DNA of 59,662 nt from a virus (lineage: Duplodnaviria > Caudoviricetes), in IMG/VR virus record IMGVR_UViG_3300005976_000001, positions 1 to 59,662 of that record, one strand, 5' to 3'. Positions 29,973-39,584 of the stretch are shown one piece after another. The notes below the pieces were generated by a model that saw nothing but the letters and a program-made list of their open reading frames with translations, had not been told where the DNA came from and made no database searches. Position 1 is the stretch's first letter. The number at the start of each line of letters is the position of its first letter. The position numbers were made by a program, and so were the translations under genes.

Positions 29973-30243
29973 TTATTTGAACCGCTCTAAATCTTGCCTG
30001 AGGTCTTCAGCCTGCATTTTCATAGCTACCTTTTCATCCTCTTTCTGCTTGTCGTATATAGCCTTTATTCTTCCTTCCTCTTCCCCATAAGAGAGTAGTA
30101 TGTCCTGAACCCTATCTGCTACTGCCGATTTAGTAGCGCAAAAAAAGAACCCGGTTAGAGTCTAGTGACATAGGATACGGACCGGGAATATTTGTATTAT
30201 AGCGAATCACCCATCCATTCTCTATCGTCTCAATTGTCATCAT
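29973..30243 (-). pseudogene. Frameshifted small gene (one extra base in a T7 run), absent from the ORF track
   Basis: MMTIETIENGWVIRYNTNIPGPYPMSLDSNRVLF continues in the +1 frame as CATKSAVADRVQDILLSYG...DLERFK*; span 271 nt = 90 codons + 1; AAGGA RBS. Confidence 0.6.
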
Positions 30244-30297
30244 CTCATCTTTCCTTTATAAAAGCCCCGTGGGGCGTGTTAAATTATTGTGGTTTTT

Positions 30298-30843
30298 TTA
30301 TTTAGTAGCCCTAGTCCGTATCTTTCTCCAAATCTCTTTTAAGCCGCCGTCTGATTGTGGGCGGTGGATTGCTTCTGTGTCGTGAGGGATAATCTTACCG
30401 TAGAGATTTTTATCTGAGCCGCGTGGATGCCTAAATTCTAACAAATCCGTTGGCTGTATCGCAGGCATAGGATTACCATCCGGCTTTAGCTCTTGGAGTA
30501 TCGCTTCTTTTACTTGTTGCCATGTGAACCCGTAGTAGGAGAGAGGTAGCGTAGGGGTCATCTCCTCGGTGTTTGCTTGATTATCAAATTCTATATAACC
30601 CCAATCGGTGTATATAGTTTCTCTACCCTTCACATCTTTAGCGCTATTGTTCTCAGCTAATTCCAGCAGCCACTCTTTAGGGTCCACATCATCGGAAAGT
30701 ATGACCGTGTAGGTCTGTAGAAGATGTCTGCTAGCAGTATCTGAAGAGATTCCAAAAGTGACTATGTTATACAGAAAAGTAGAAGTAAATATTCTAAAAC
30801 AGTTTCCACCAACTTCGACTTTAACTAACTCATCCATATTCAT
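30298..30843 (-). CDS. Hypothetical protein
   Basis: 181-aa ORF, ATGA overlap with the upstream gene. Confidence 0.55.
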   Translation of the reverse strand: MNMDELVKVEVGGNCFRIFTSTFLYNIVTFGISSDTASRHLLQTYTVILSDDVDPKEWLLELAENNSAKDVKGRETIYTDWGYIEFDNQANTEEMTPTLPLSYYGFTWQQVKEAILQELKPDGNPMPAIQPTDLLEFRHPRGSDKNLYGKIIPHDTEAIHRPQSDGGLKEIWRKIRTRATK

Positions 30844-31295
30844 TTTCTACTCCACACTTCAACTAGTCTGTGATTTATCGGTTCGTATATAGCAACTATG
30901 TCATCACCTAAACTTTCCCGTGCTTCTATCGCATCTCTCCAAGGGTTATTAGCCCCATCTAAAAGGAGCCTTTGTGCTGATTCAAGAAATTCAGGCATCG
31001 GATTATCTACTTGTTCCGCACTATTTTTCTTCATACCTTCAATCCCACCCCTACGAATCCAGGTGTTAACTCTATGTACCGACCCGTGAGCAGCAGCTGG
31101 ACATGCCCAGTTAAGCCAGTTAATTATGTCTCCCATCCTCTCTAAGTTATGTCTGTCTGCTTTACAGTATGCCTCTATCAGCTTGCCTGATAATGCGGCT
31201 TTACAAAAACCTCCAGGTTCCACTCCCTTCTCAATGTAGAGCTTCATTCCTTCTTGTATGTGATCCGGTAATAGGTTGTAATCAATTGGTCTCAT
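30840..31295 (-). CDS. Hypothetical phage protein (paralog of 32396-32809)
   Basis: Y..LP......YIE.G..PGGF..A.....L...W....CP...GS......W; AGGAG RBS. Confidence 0.65.
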   Translation of the reverse strand: MRPIDYNLLPDHIQEGMKLYIEKGVEPGGFCKAALSGKLIEAYCKADRHNLERMGDIINWLNWACPAAAHGSVHRVNTWIRRGGIEGMKKNSAEQVDNPMPEFLESAQRLLLDGANNPWRDAIEARESLGDDIVAIYEPINHRLVEVWSRK

Positions 31296-31320
31296 ATATG
31301 AAGTCTCCTGCTAGTTTAAG

Positions 31321-31707
31321 TTAGTTATAATCTTCACCAGTAAATCTTCTCCGGCACTCATCGATCTGCTCAATGTACCCAGAATAGAGAACTTGTGGTT
31401 CCGGATGGCACCCACAAAACACTCGAACATCTTCTAAGTACAGCTTCTCTCTATATCCGGTAACATGCCCGTTAACGTATAAGCCGATGTTTATGTAGTC
31501 GCTTGGGCCGACTACTATCCCGTCTAGCTCTTCTGTAGGAACATCGTACTCGTTGCAGTACTCATGAATATAAATCAATATGACGTGAACTACCGATATA
31601 TCTATATCAGTTAGTATAGAGACCTCATCTTCTGGCATATCATCTAAATTAGGCACTGAGGCATCCCTTGCTCTTAGTATCCTGTCTGTTACTTTCGGAT
31701 ATTTCAT
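31321..31707 (-). CDS. Hypothetical protein
   Basis: Likely start ATG 31707 (MKYPKV), overlapping the GT stop as ATGA. Confidence 0.55.
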   Translation of the reverse strand: MKYPKVTDRILRARDASVPNLDDMPEDEVSILTDIDISVVHVILIYIHEYCNEYDVPTEELDGIVVGPSDYINIGLYVNGHVTGYREKLYLEDVRVFCGCHPEPQVLYSGYIEQIDECRRRFTGEDYN

Positions 31708-32369
31708 CTGTAATGCTCTCCGGCCCAACGCTCTTTTATCTGCCAGGGTTTTGGATTACCATGAAACATAACAATTTTAACTTTAGAGTCTAGAAAAGAA
31801 ACCCCTCTTAAATCTTGCTTGTATGAGTAGATTCCATCTGCTTTAGTCCAGGTCTCCTCATCCCGTCCCAGCCTATAGCTAATCCACGCTTGGTCACTTC
31901 CCGGATACATAGCTGCTCTTTTAGGGCTTTCAACCGGGTCGAACTCATCCCAAATAAACGCTCTACTACCCGGCTTATGTAAAATAATTCCACCTTGATA
32001 AGGAAGTAGCCCCTTGTGCCACGCTATAAAATCCTCATCACGGTTAACTAGGTGGTCAATGTTGCCTGTGATAATAGTGTCTAAGTCAAGAGATAGGATT
32101 TTCTCACCTAGCAGTTCTTTTGCTTCACGAGAGAACATCTTTAGTCGCCTATAAGAGTTTATCTTATGAGCATTCATCTCTACTTCTGGGTCATCCCAGA
32201 GCGGTACAGTGCGTACCTCTTTATCTATCTTGGTTGGATTATCTGTCACACAGACATGCCTAAACGGAACGGTTAAATGCCGTTTAAGCATGGAGTGTAA
32301 TTTATTTACGTGATAAAAAGTATACGGCCTATTAACTGACCGCCACTTCCAACTTACTATTGTAACCAT
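31704..32369 (-). CDS. GT-A fold glycosyltransferase, paralog of 27065-27769
   Basis: KW, HVCVTD, LDLDTII, YQGG.ILHK.G.R, PGSDQAWISYRLG, FHGNPKPW; colinear with the other copy. Confidence 0.8.
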   Translation of the reverse strand: MVTIVSWKWRSVNRPYTFYHVNKLHSMLKRHLTVPFRHVCVTDNPTKIDKEVRTVPLWDDPEVEMNAHKINSYRRLKMFSREAKELLGEKILSLDLDTIITGNIDHLVNRDEDFIAWHKGLLPYQGGIILHKPGSRAFIWDEFDPVESPKRAAMYPGSDQAWISYRLGRDEETWTKADGIYSYKQDLRGVSFLDSKVKIVMFHGNPKPWQIKERWAGEHYR

Positions 32370-32395
32370 GTGGGGATTACTTCTAAAAGTGGTTG

Positions 32396-32809
32396 TTACT
32401 TAGTAGCGCCGTTCTTTTGTGATTCAGCTTTTAAGACGTTTGCTTGAAGCACCAGCCCGGTTAGTCCTTTATTTAAATTCCACCGGGTCATCTTCTCGTG
32501 AGAGCCGTACATGGCTCCAGGACATGAGTTAGTTATCCAACCGGAAGTAGTATATGCGTCTCTAATCTCATCTACAGTAGAGCAAAAACGAAATACACCA
32601 GATAGTGAATCTGAGATTATGGCTTGTAAGTATTCGTTTGGTAGAGTTCCATCTTCAACATACGCTTGAATCTGCTCTCTAACTCTTTCTGGGACACCTT
32701 CATAGTTTAATTGAGGCATCTCGGCTAGTAGAGCTTTTTTAATCTTCTCGTCTTTTTTCTTTTTTAGTTCGTCTTCTGTAGGTACTTTTACCTCGTTAGT
32801 GTCTTCCAT
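32396..32809 (-). CDS. Hypothetical phage protein (paralog of 30840-31295)
   Basis: YEGVPERV...YVEDG..P...LQA...W....CP...YGS.....RW. Confidence 0.6.
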   Translation of the reverse strand: MEDTNEVKVPTEDELKKKKDEKIKKALLAEMPQLNYEGVPERVREQIQAYVEDGTLPNEYLQAIISDSLSGVFRFCSTVDEIRDAYTTSGWITNSCPGAMYGSHEKMTRWNLNKGLTGLVLQANVLKAESQKNGATK

Positions 32810-32818
32810 CTGTTTCTC

Positions 32819-34135
32819 CTAGTCATGTCGTTTGCACGGGTCAGACCCGCCAGTTAAAATTAGAGTCATGTTACCGAGAGTGCAATAGGTTTTAGGGTCC
32901 CGGTAAGCATCACACTTATAATTTGCTCGATAGGTTAACCTATCTGGATTGCTTAAGCACTTAAAATCGTTCCAAGGGCCTTTAACGCATCTAAAATTAT
33001 CCCAAGCTCCTGATTTTCTTTGAGACTTACACTCTAGAAATTCAGTTTGATAGGCATTTCTAATTAGTACTACCGGATTGCCATCAGATTCAGATACCGG
33101 CTTCCATAAATTTCCGGCTCCCCAACTCTCTACTACTGTGTACGGTTGTCCCGGTTCGGGAGAGTCTCCAAAGATAATATTCATCATAGCTTGATGCTCA
33201 AGTGGGGTCGGACAGTTTGTGCGTGAACGTGGCGGGATAAAAGGACCCGGAACTCTACAGTTAAACATCCAGCCCCAGTTAAAAGCGAGTCCTACACTAG
33301 AGTTTGCTACATTGCTCTTCCATGTTGGAATGTGAACTTCACTTACATCTTGTCCATCAAGAGAGTTTATATTTGCTGCAAAATCAAATGTACCGTGATG
33401 AGCCTCAAATAAAACTCCAGCTTGTGGGTGTGATGGAAACTCGTGAGAGTTTTCCGGGTTGTTAACTATATAGTAATCATTTCTATCACAAGTAGCTCTT
33501 AGCTCATCGTACAGTACATTCCAAGCAGACACGGTTAGATTATGCTCTAACATTGGAGACATATAGAACCGCACATCTGAGTATTGGTCCATCCGAACAC
33601 AAAATGCTCCAATCCAAACTCTGTATGGAGCTAGAATAGATTCATCCCGGTTAGTAACAGCTTCATTAAATGATTGAACTGTATGACCGTACCCAATCTC
33701 GTATGGTTGTAGCTGAGAGTTTCTAAGGCCCGGACCATTTAACCCCAAGTGAATACGTATATGACTTACTTTTCCACTTCCAAGAGCTAAATCAACTGGA
33801 GACATCGAATCACCAAATGAGTTTGCGAGCATCCCAACCGGGATTCTTGTACCAACTGGTATTAGCTCTAGAGCAGCTCCTAGATTAAAAGATGGGTGCT
33901 GCAAAGCTAGCCAGTCTTGCCCATACTCGGCAATAGTTGGTAAGTCCGGCTTTGTTGGAGCTGGTGCCGGGTCGCTCCCTTTAAACCAAGAGCACCCTAC
34001 AACGTGTGAGAGAAAGTATAAAAAGAGAATTAAAAGTATTAACCGGAAGATAAATTGCACCGGAGAGAGCTCTTTGTCATTTCTTTTACCTTCTACAATA
34101 CTTTGAACCGGGTCGTAAAATGGATCACCACTCAT
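32819..34135 (-). CDS. Putative exported lipoprotein/membrane-anchored protein
   Basis: Hydrophobic segment ending in a VVGC lipobox, Pro linker, alpha/beta core, Cys-rich C-terminal domain beginning LWKPVSESDG. Confidence 0.6.
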   Translation of the reverse strand: MSGDPFYDPVQSIVEGKRNDKELSPVQFIFRLILLILFLYFLSHVVGCSWFKGSDPAPAPTKPDLPTIAEYGQDWLALQHPSFNLGAALELIPVGTRIPVGMLANSFGDSMSPVDLALGSGKVSHIRIHLGLNGPGLRNSQLQPYEIGYGHTVQSFNEAVTNRDESILAPYRVWIGAFCVRMDQYSDVRFYMSPMLEHNLTVSAWNVLYDELRATCDRNDYYIVNNPENSHEFPSHPQAGVLFEAHHGTFDFAANINSLDGQDVSEVHIPTWKSNVANSSVGLAFNWGWMFNCRVPGPFIPPRSRTNCPTPLEHQAMMNIIFGDSPEPGQPYTVVESWGAGNLWKPVSESDGNPVVLIRNAYQTEFLECKSQRKSGAWDNFRCVKGPWNDFKCLSNPDRLTYRANYKCDAYRDPKTYCTLGNMTLILTGGSDPCKRHD

Positions 34136-34138
34136 ATA

Positions 34139-35704
34139 CTACACTCCATAATCTAACTGATTTGGTTTAATATTTTTTAAGAACTTATCTGTCTCTTCTT
34201 TTGAGCGCTCTTGTGGTGCGTCTGGGCTATCCGGGTTAGCTAAAAGAGTCTTAAACTCAGCAGCACGTTTGATGACTGCTTTTGTTACTTTCTCGTCAAT
34301 ACTATCTTTAACAACAAAAGAGTAAATTATTACTGGCTTTGTCTGTCCTCGTCTGTGACTTCTATTTGTTGCTTGAGCAACCACTGCCGGGCTCCAGTCA
34401 TACTCAGCTAAAAGAACAACACAAGCTCTAGTAAGAGTGATACCTTCTCCAGCTGCTCTTAGATTACCGATAAATAAATCAGTCTCTCCAGATTGAAGCT
34501 TTTCTACCTCTTTAAATCGTGCAGTGTTAGCAGTTGCTCCAGTTATGATTGCCGGATTATACTTTTTTAATCCTTTAGCAAGAAGTGCAATAAGACTCGT
34601 ATGATGAGCAAATATAGTACACGGTATGCCAGCTTCTAGCTGTTCTTTTGCAAACTCTATAACAGCCGGTGCTTTTAGTAGCCCTTGCTCTTTTCTATGT
34701 GTTGCAGCTGCTTTTGGAACTATTAACTCTTTTCCCTCATCTAACTGAGCAAGTACACGTTCAATATCTGCTAGTAGCTCTGCTTGACTTACCTTAGCTT
34801 TCTCTTTTAGAGATAGCTCTTTTGGTAAGTAAATTGTCTGCCAAGTTTTTGGTGGTAATTCTTTTGCAAGCTCTTCTTCAGTTATAGCTGTAAAGAAATT
34901 GTCATACATTATCTTGTTTAGAATTTCCTCGTTCTTAGTTCCGGTATAGATAATGCCAAATCCGTTAGATTTCTTATTTGAAAAGTACTCTACAAAATTA
35001 TAATAGTTCTGAAACTTAGAAGAGAACTTGCCTAAGTCTATTCCTTGGAGCATTTTATTTACCCACGGATAGATATCAGATGTACCAATCCTGTACGGTG
35101 TACCAGAAAGAGCTATTTTATACTTTGCAAAGTCCCAGATGCTGTGAGTTTTCACACCGGCACGGCGGCGAGCACCTAAATCACCTAACATAGATCTAGT
35201 TCTCTTTGCTTTTCTATTCTTATAAGCGTGTGCTTCATCTACAATTAAGCAGTCATAGAAGTTAGAAGTGAGAACTGAAAACGTTTTCTCTCTATGAATC
35301 GCGTCATGACCGCAGATAACTATAACTGGAGATACTGAACTATCGTTGTGAGCTCTGTTTACTTTATCTACTACTTTCTTATTAAAGTGAGCACCTTTTG
35401 AGCATACAATAACTTCATACTCTCTTGTTGCCCACTCTTTAATCTCAGCTTCCCAGGTTAACCGCACCGATGCCGGACACACTATTAATACTGTCCTAAA
35501 GCGCATAAAGTCTATAACAGCAATAGATTGAATAGTTTTACCTGCTCCCATGTAGTCACCTACATACGCACAGTTGTTTGGATTGTCCCTAAGAAACCCC
35601 AGTGCATTCTTAATTGAGCGCTTTTGAATTGGGAAGAGATGGCCCGGAAGGCCTTTCTTTGGTTTCTTCTTACCTATAGTTGCAGAGTCAGAATTGTTTG
35701 GCAT
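34139..35704 (-). CDS. SNF2-family DEAH helicase
   Basis: D.MGAGKT, IVCPAS, IVDEAH, LSGTP, GEGITLT, QA..R.HR.GQ. Confidence 0.9.
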   Translation of the reverse strand: MPNNSDSATIGKKKPKKGLPGHLFPIQKRSIKNALGFLRDNPNNCAYVGDYMGAGKTIQSIAVIDFMRFRTVLIVCPASVRLTWEAEIKEWATREYEVIVCSKGAHFNKKVVDKVNRAHNDSSVSPVIVICGHDAIHREKTFSVLTSNFYDCLIVDEAHAYKNRKAKRTRSMLGDLGARRRAGVKTHSIWDFAKYKIALSGTPYRIGTSDIYPWVNKMLQGIDLGKFSSKFQNYYNFVEYFSNKKSNGFGIIYTGTKNEEILNKIMYDNFFTAITEEELAKELPPKTWQTIYLPKELSLKEKAKVSQAELLADIERVLAQLDEGKELIVPKAAATHRKEQGLLKAPAVIEFAKEQLEAGIPCTIFAHHTSLIALLAKGLKKYNPAIITGATANTARFKEVEKLQSGETDLFIGNLRAAGEGITLTRACVVLLAEYDWSPAVVAQATNRSHRRGQTKPVIIYSFVVKDSIDEKVTKAVIKRAAEFKTLLANPDSPDAPQERSKEETDKFLKNIKPNQLDYGV

Positions 35705-35710
35705 GGTTTT

Positions 35711-35740
35711 AGTATACTACATAGATAAGTATAGAGTCAA
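35711..35740 (-). promoter_or_regulatory. Sigma70-like promoter, likely leaderless, heading the replication/envelope operon
   Basis: Minus strand TTGACT-N18-TATACT, then AAAACC and ATG 35704; no SD. Confidence 0.6.
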
Positions 35741-35908
35741 ACAAAATATATGATAGTGTAGAACTCGGTAATGCTAACGATTATTCTTAATTGTTTACTC
35801 TTTTTAGTATACGTTGTAAATCTTGAAATTGGTCGGCTCGGTCTCAGCTGACCCGGCTAGCCCAACAAACACTATAGCGAACACTTTCACTCTAGAGGTA
35901 CCTCACAG

Positions 35909-38900
35909 ATGTCAGCAAAAGAATTTGTCCGATTTAATCTAGACGATACACGCACTTATATAAATTACATATCACATCAACCTTACAAGCTAAAACAGAA
36001 CCGGACAATATTTACTTTTATGCTTGTGCTTGAGCGGTTGATAGGATCCGGCCCGGAGAGTACCCCGGACAGCTACATTCTACAACGTGAGATGGTTCCA
36101 GCTCACCACACTCTTCACGTAAAATATAAAGACATCTATAAGTTCTTAAAAGTTCTGTACTTAAAGCTTAGAGCCAAACAAAATGGTGAAATTGGAGGTA
36201 GTCGAATAGTCGCACCGGGTAGTGTGGTTTCAGAGAAAGACTTTAAGATTACAAACAGTATCTACAGTGTTCACAACACATTGAACCTATGCACACTTGG
36301 AGCAGGAAGACGTAAAGAGCACATGATTTCTCCAAGAGTGCTTGTAGTTGACTTAGACTTTGGAACTACAAAAGAGAACGCTCTGTACTTAGCAGCTCAA
36401 GAGAACGCTTCACTGGTAGTAGAATCTAGACCGGGCAGATTCCACATCTATTGGCAAATTTCAGAGAATGTAAGTTTAGATAGCTGGTCAAAGTTTCAAC
36501 TGGCTCTCGCTCATAAACTAGGGGGAGATACTAACTTACGTAATATTACAAGCATGTTGCGTGTTCCAGGGTTCCAGCGGTTTTTACCGGATGGGTCAGT
36601 TTATACTCCAAACATAATATTTAAAGAGAAGTCACCAGATGTGTACTCTTTAGATGATATGTATAGCGTATGGCCGGACGTAGATGAGCTCTATCAATCC
36701 GGGCTAGATGAATTAAGAGCTGTGTACGATGAGCAGAAAAAGGCAGCTCAACAAGTATTTGCTGAAATTCAAAAAAGTGGGGCCAGTGGAGTTAAAGCTG
36801 ATGGTATACCCGGACTACCAACGAGTTCTAGCTTTACTTCAACAGTTCATAAGTACGGAAGAAACCAGGCACTCTACTCTATTTTAAAACTTACCGGCTA
36901 CAAAGCTTACCGAGACACCTATCAATTTAAGAAACCAGACGACTTTATACGTCTACTTGCAGCTCAAGCGCAGTTAATTAATGAGAAGTTTCAAGAGTCA
37001 TTAGAAGAGAGAGAAGTTTTAGAGATTGTTTCAAAGCTAAGTGTAAAGGTCCCAAAGATGTACCAAGCAGAAGTAGAACAAGAAAAGCAAGCAGTTGATG
37101 AAGCGGCAAAATTACTGGTTCGTAGAGATGTAGAAGACACTAAGATTGGTAAAGATGTAACAACTACTCTTCCGATGGCTCCGGTAGCTGTTACGGTAAC
37201 GAGTGTGTCGTCCAATCAACCCGGAGAGATACAACCCGGAGAGAAGCAAGCAAGTCAACCCAGAGTAGAGCCTTCTGACCCAGACATACCGGACAACTTA
37301 CTTGACTTAGCGGTTCAGTTTGCTGAGTACATCTATAACAAACATAACGAGCAACTAAGTAAGATTTTTAAAGTAGCTTTTAAATCAAAAAACTACATAC
37401 CACTTTGTGACTTAATTTTCAGATACTACCATCTACTTGGTAAAATAAAAGCAAGCGGAGCTTCAGTCTCTCTAGCCGGACAAAGTAAATGGGGAGAATC
37501 TATCTATGAAGTACGCTCTTTAAACCGAGATGAATTCTCAGGACTTGTAAGTAGAATTGCATTTAAGTGGGCAAGTCTCTTTCTATCCGATAAGCGCACA
37601 AAGATTATAGATAAGATGCCTAAAAGCTCTGAGTTTAAAGCAATAGCTGACATATCTCATACAGTTTTAGTTACTTTACCGGTAGTTAAAAGACAGCATC
37701 CAATGTTTATAGTGTACCAAAACGGTGTGCTTAACGTGGCTTTACGAGAATTCACACCGGACAAGCTAGCGGCTCTAAAACATTCAAACCCAATTCACGC
37801 TCGTTTTATTCCAGAAGTGTTAAATGTTGCCAGAGAGCATCGGGACGTTCCAGCCAGTGAACTTGTTAGGATTCTTTGTCCAGTAACTTATCGGTACATG
37901 AATGATTGGTTCCCAGGCGACCCGGCAACAATAGACTTACTGCTGCGGTTTATTGGGTATTCTATGACTACGAACACCACAAAGCAAAAGTTTTTATTCT
38001 TCTTTGGACCGGGTGGGAGTGGTAAAGGGTCTATAGTTCAGATGATTGAAGCAATTTTAGGGCAGTCTAATTGTGCTGGAGTTGAGTACAAAGGATTAGA
38101 TAGTCCGTATAAAGTAAGTGAGTTTGTCGATAAACTTCTAATTAGCATCGATGAGGTAGAAGGTACTAAGAAGGAACACGAGCGGCGGTTAAGTTTAGTT
38201 AAACAGATTACGGGGGGTGGAATGATGCAGATTGAGCGAAAGTACGCTCACCCGTACAATGACCACATCACCGGAAAGTTAGTACTGCAATCAAATGAGC
38301 TCTTAGAATACCAGGATAAGGGAGGTAGTATTACCGGGAGGATGATACCAGTAGGGTTTGAGCAGAGATTTAGAGGAAGCAGTGTAGCAGAGCAATTAGA
38401 GAAAGAGCCGATTACCGGCATGATTGAGGCTAGGTCTGAATTCCGGCTAAGTAAGAGTACGAAAAGCAAGCAGAGCCAGCTGGTTGAAGGTGTTGAGCGC
38501 CCGGAAGATGCTAAGGATGCCGGGTACAGTTTGATTATAGAACACGAGTTGAATATACTAGCTACTCTGGCGGGTTTGAGTTGGATGAAAAGTTTACGGC
38601 AAAATGCCGGGCTGACTCTACCGCTGATGGGTAGCGATGAGTTTGCTAAGGTAGGGAAGTTATCGGCAGAAGCACGGCAAGCGAGACTGAAAGCTAAACC
38701 TCAGTCGGCAGCTCTTGGAGTAGGAGTAAATAAGATGAAAGGAACTTTGAACCCTATAGAGTACGCACTGCTAGCGTTTACTGAGTATTCTAGAGGCATG
38801 ACATGCCGTAATAAGGATTTGGTAGCTCTCTGTTACCTGGTAGGGATACTTGGGAATGACGACTGGAGTGGGACTACTAACCGGGCTAAATTAGATAACC

Positions 38901-39334
38901 TGTTTGGTGAACATAATAGCGGCAGCAGCAACCAACGCAGACTGAAGCAGCTGTTTGAGTACGAGTTTAAATATCTGTACCGAGGTGAAATGTCTATTAG
39001 TTACCAGAGAGTTAGAGGGATTAAGGGGAGTGAGAACGCGGAAGGTAGAGAGAGGGTGTGGGGTAACGTATGGATAAACTTTACTAAGCTATACAGTCAG
39101 TTTAAAGAGCTGGAAGGTTTAAGGATGGCTGACGGAACACTTAACTTGGAAGTGGCTGATGACTTAATGGATGACGCAATAGAGTGGATGGGGGAGTTTG
39201 AAGAAGCAGCCTGTACGTGCCTAGGGGTAGAGTGGAATGGGAAATCAAAAGAATTTGTAGATAAGTGCAGAAAGCGGTACCTGAGCAGCACAGATAATAA
39301 CATTAGTCAATATTCTGACATGCTAAAACGATAA
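35909..39334 (+). CDS. Primase-helicase: RepB-like AEP primase, PriCT-like domain and D5/SF3 helicase
   Basis: VVDLDF, VESRPGRFHIYW, D..LRVPGF; GRNQALY; FGPGGSGKGS (Walker A), IDE (Walker B), QSN (motif C). Confidence 0.85.
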   Translation: MSAKEFVRFNLDDTRTYINYISHQPYKLKQNRTIFTFMLVLERLIGSGPESTPDSYILQREMVPAHHTLHVKYKDIYKFLKVLYLKLRAKQNGEIGGSRIVAPGSVVSEKDFKITNSIYSVHNTLNLCTLGAGRRKEHMISPRVLVVDLDFGTTKENALYLAAQENASLVVESRPGRFHIYWQISENVSLDSWSKFQLALAHKLGGDTNLRNITSMLRVPGFQRFLPDGSVYTPNIIFKEKSPDVYSLDDMYSVWPDVDELYQSGLDELRAVYDEQKKAAQQVFAEIQKSGASGVKADGIPGLPTSSSFTSTVHKYGRNQALYSILKLTGYKAYRDTYQFKKPDDFIRLLAAQAQLINEKFQESLEEREVLEIVSKLSVKVPKMYQAEVEQEKQAVDEAAKLLVRRDVEDTKIGKDVTTTLPMAPVAVTVTSVSSNQPGEIQPGEKQASQPRVEPSDPDIPDNLLDLAVQFAEYIYNKHNEQLSKIFKVAFKSKNYIPLCDLIFRYYHLLGKIKASGASVSLAGQSKWGESIYEVRSLNRDEFSGLVSRIAFKWASLFLSDKRTKIIDKMPKSSEFKAIADISHTVLVTLPVVKRQHPMFIVYQNGVLNVALREFTPDKLAALKHSNPIHARFIPEVLNVAREHRDVPASELVRILCPVTYRYMNDWFPGDPATIDLLLRFIGYSMTTNTTKQKFLFFFGPGGSGKGSIVQMIEAILGQSNCAGVEYKGLDSPYKVSEFVDKLLISIDEVEGTKKEHERRLSLVKQITGGGMMQIERKYAHPYNDHITGKLVLQSNELLEYQDKGGSITGRMIPVGFEQRFRGSSVAEQLEKEPITGMIEARSEFRLSKSTKSKQSQLVEGVERPEDAKDAGYSLIIEHELNILATLAGLSWMKSLRQNAGLTLPLMGSDEFAKVGKLSAEARQARLKAKPQSAALGVGVNKMKGTLNPIEYALLAFTEYSRGMTCRNKDLVALCYLVGILGNDDWSGTTNRAKLDNLFGEHNSGSSNQRRLKQLFEYEFKYLYRGEMSISYQRVRGIKGSENAEGRERVWGNVWINFTKLYSQFKELEGLRMADGTLNLEVADDLMDDAIEWMGEFEEAACTCLGVEWNGKSKEFVDKCRKRYLSSTDNNISQYSDMLKR

Positions 39335-39419
39335 AAGTTAGAGGAAGAGTAGACCTGCCGGGAGAGTGGGGAAGGTAAAAACACCCGACTAGTTCAAGTT
39401 ACTTAAATCTAGAGTTTAT

Positions 39420-39584
39420 AGAACTAAACTAGAACTAGCCTATGTGGGCCAGTATGTGGGCCAGTAAAAAAATCTATTTGATATCATTACATAAGTTTGG
39501 GTACCATATCCGAATGTATGTGGGCCATATGTGGGCCATATGTGGGCCATATGTGGGCCAGCAAATATTAGAACTAAACTAGAA
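39420..39584 (+). repeat. Iteron-like array, candidate replication origin
   Basis: TATGTGGGCCA at 39441, 39453, 39517, 39528, 39539 and 39550, flanked by AGAACTAAACTAGAA at 39420 and 39570; related copies near 39664, 39815 and 39883; A/T-rich tract 39900-40050. Confidence 0.75.
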
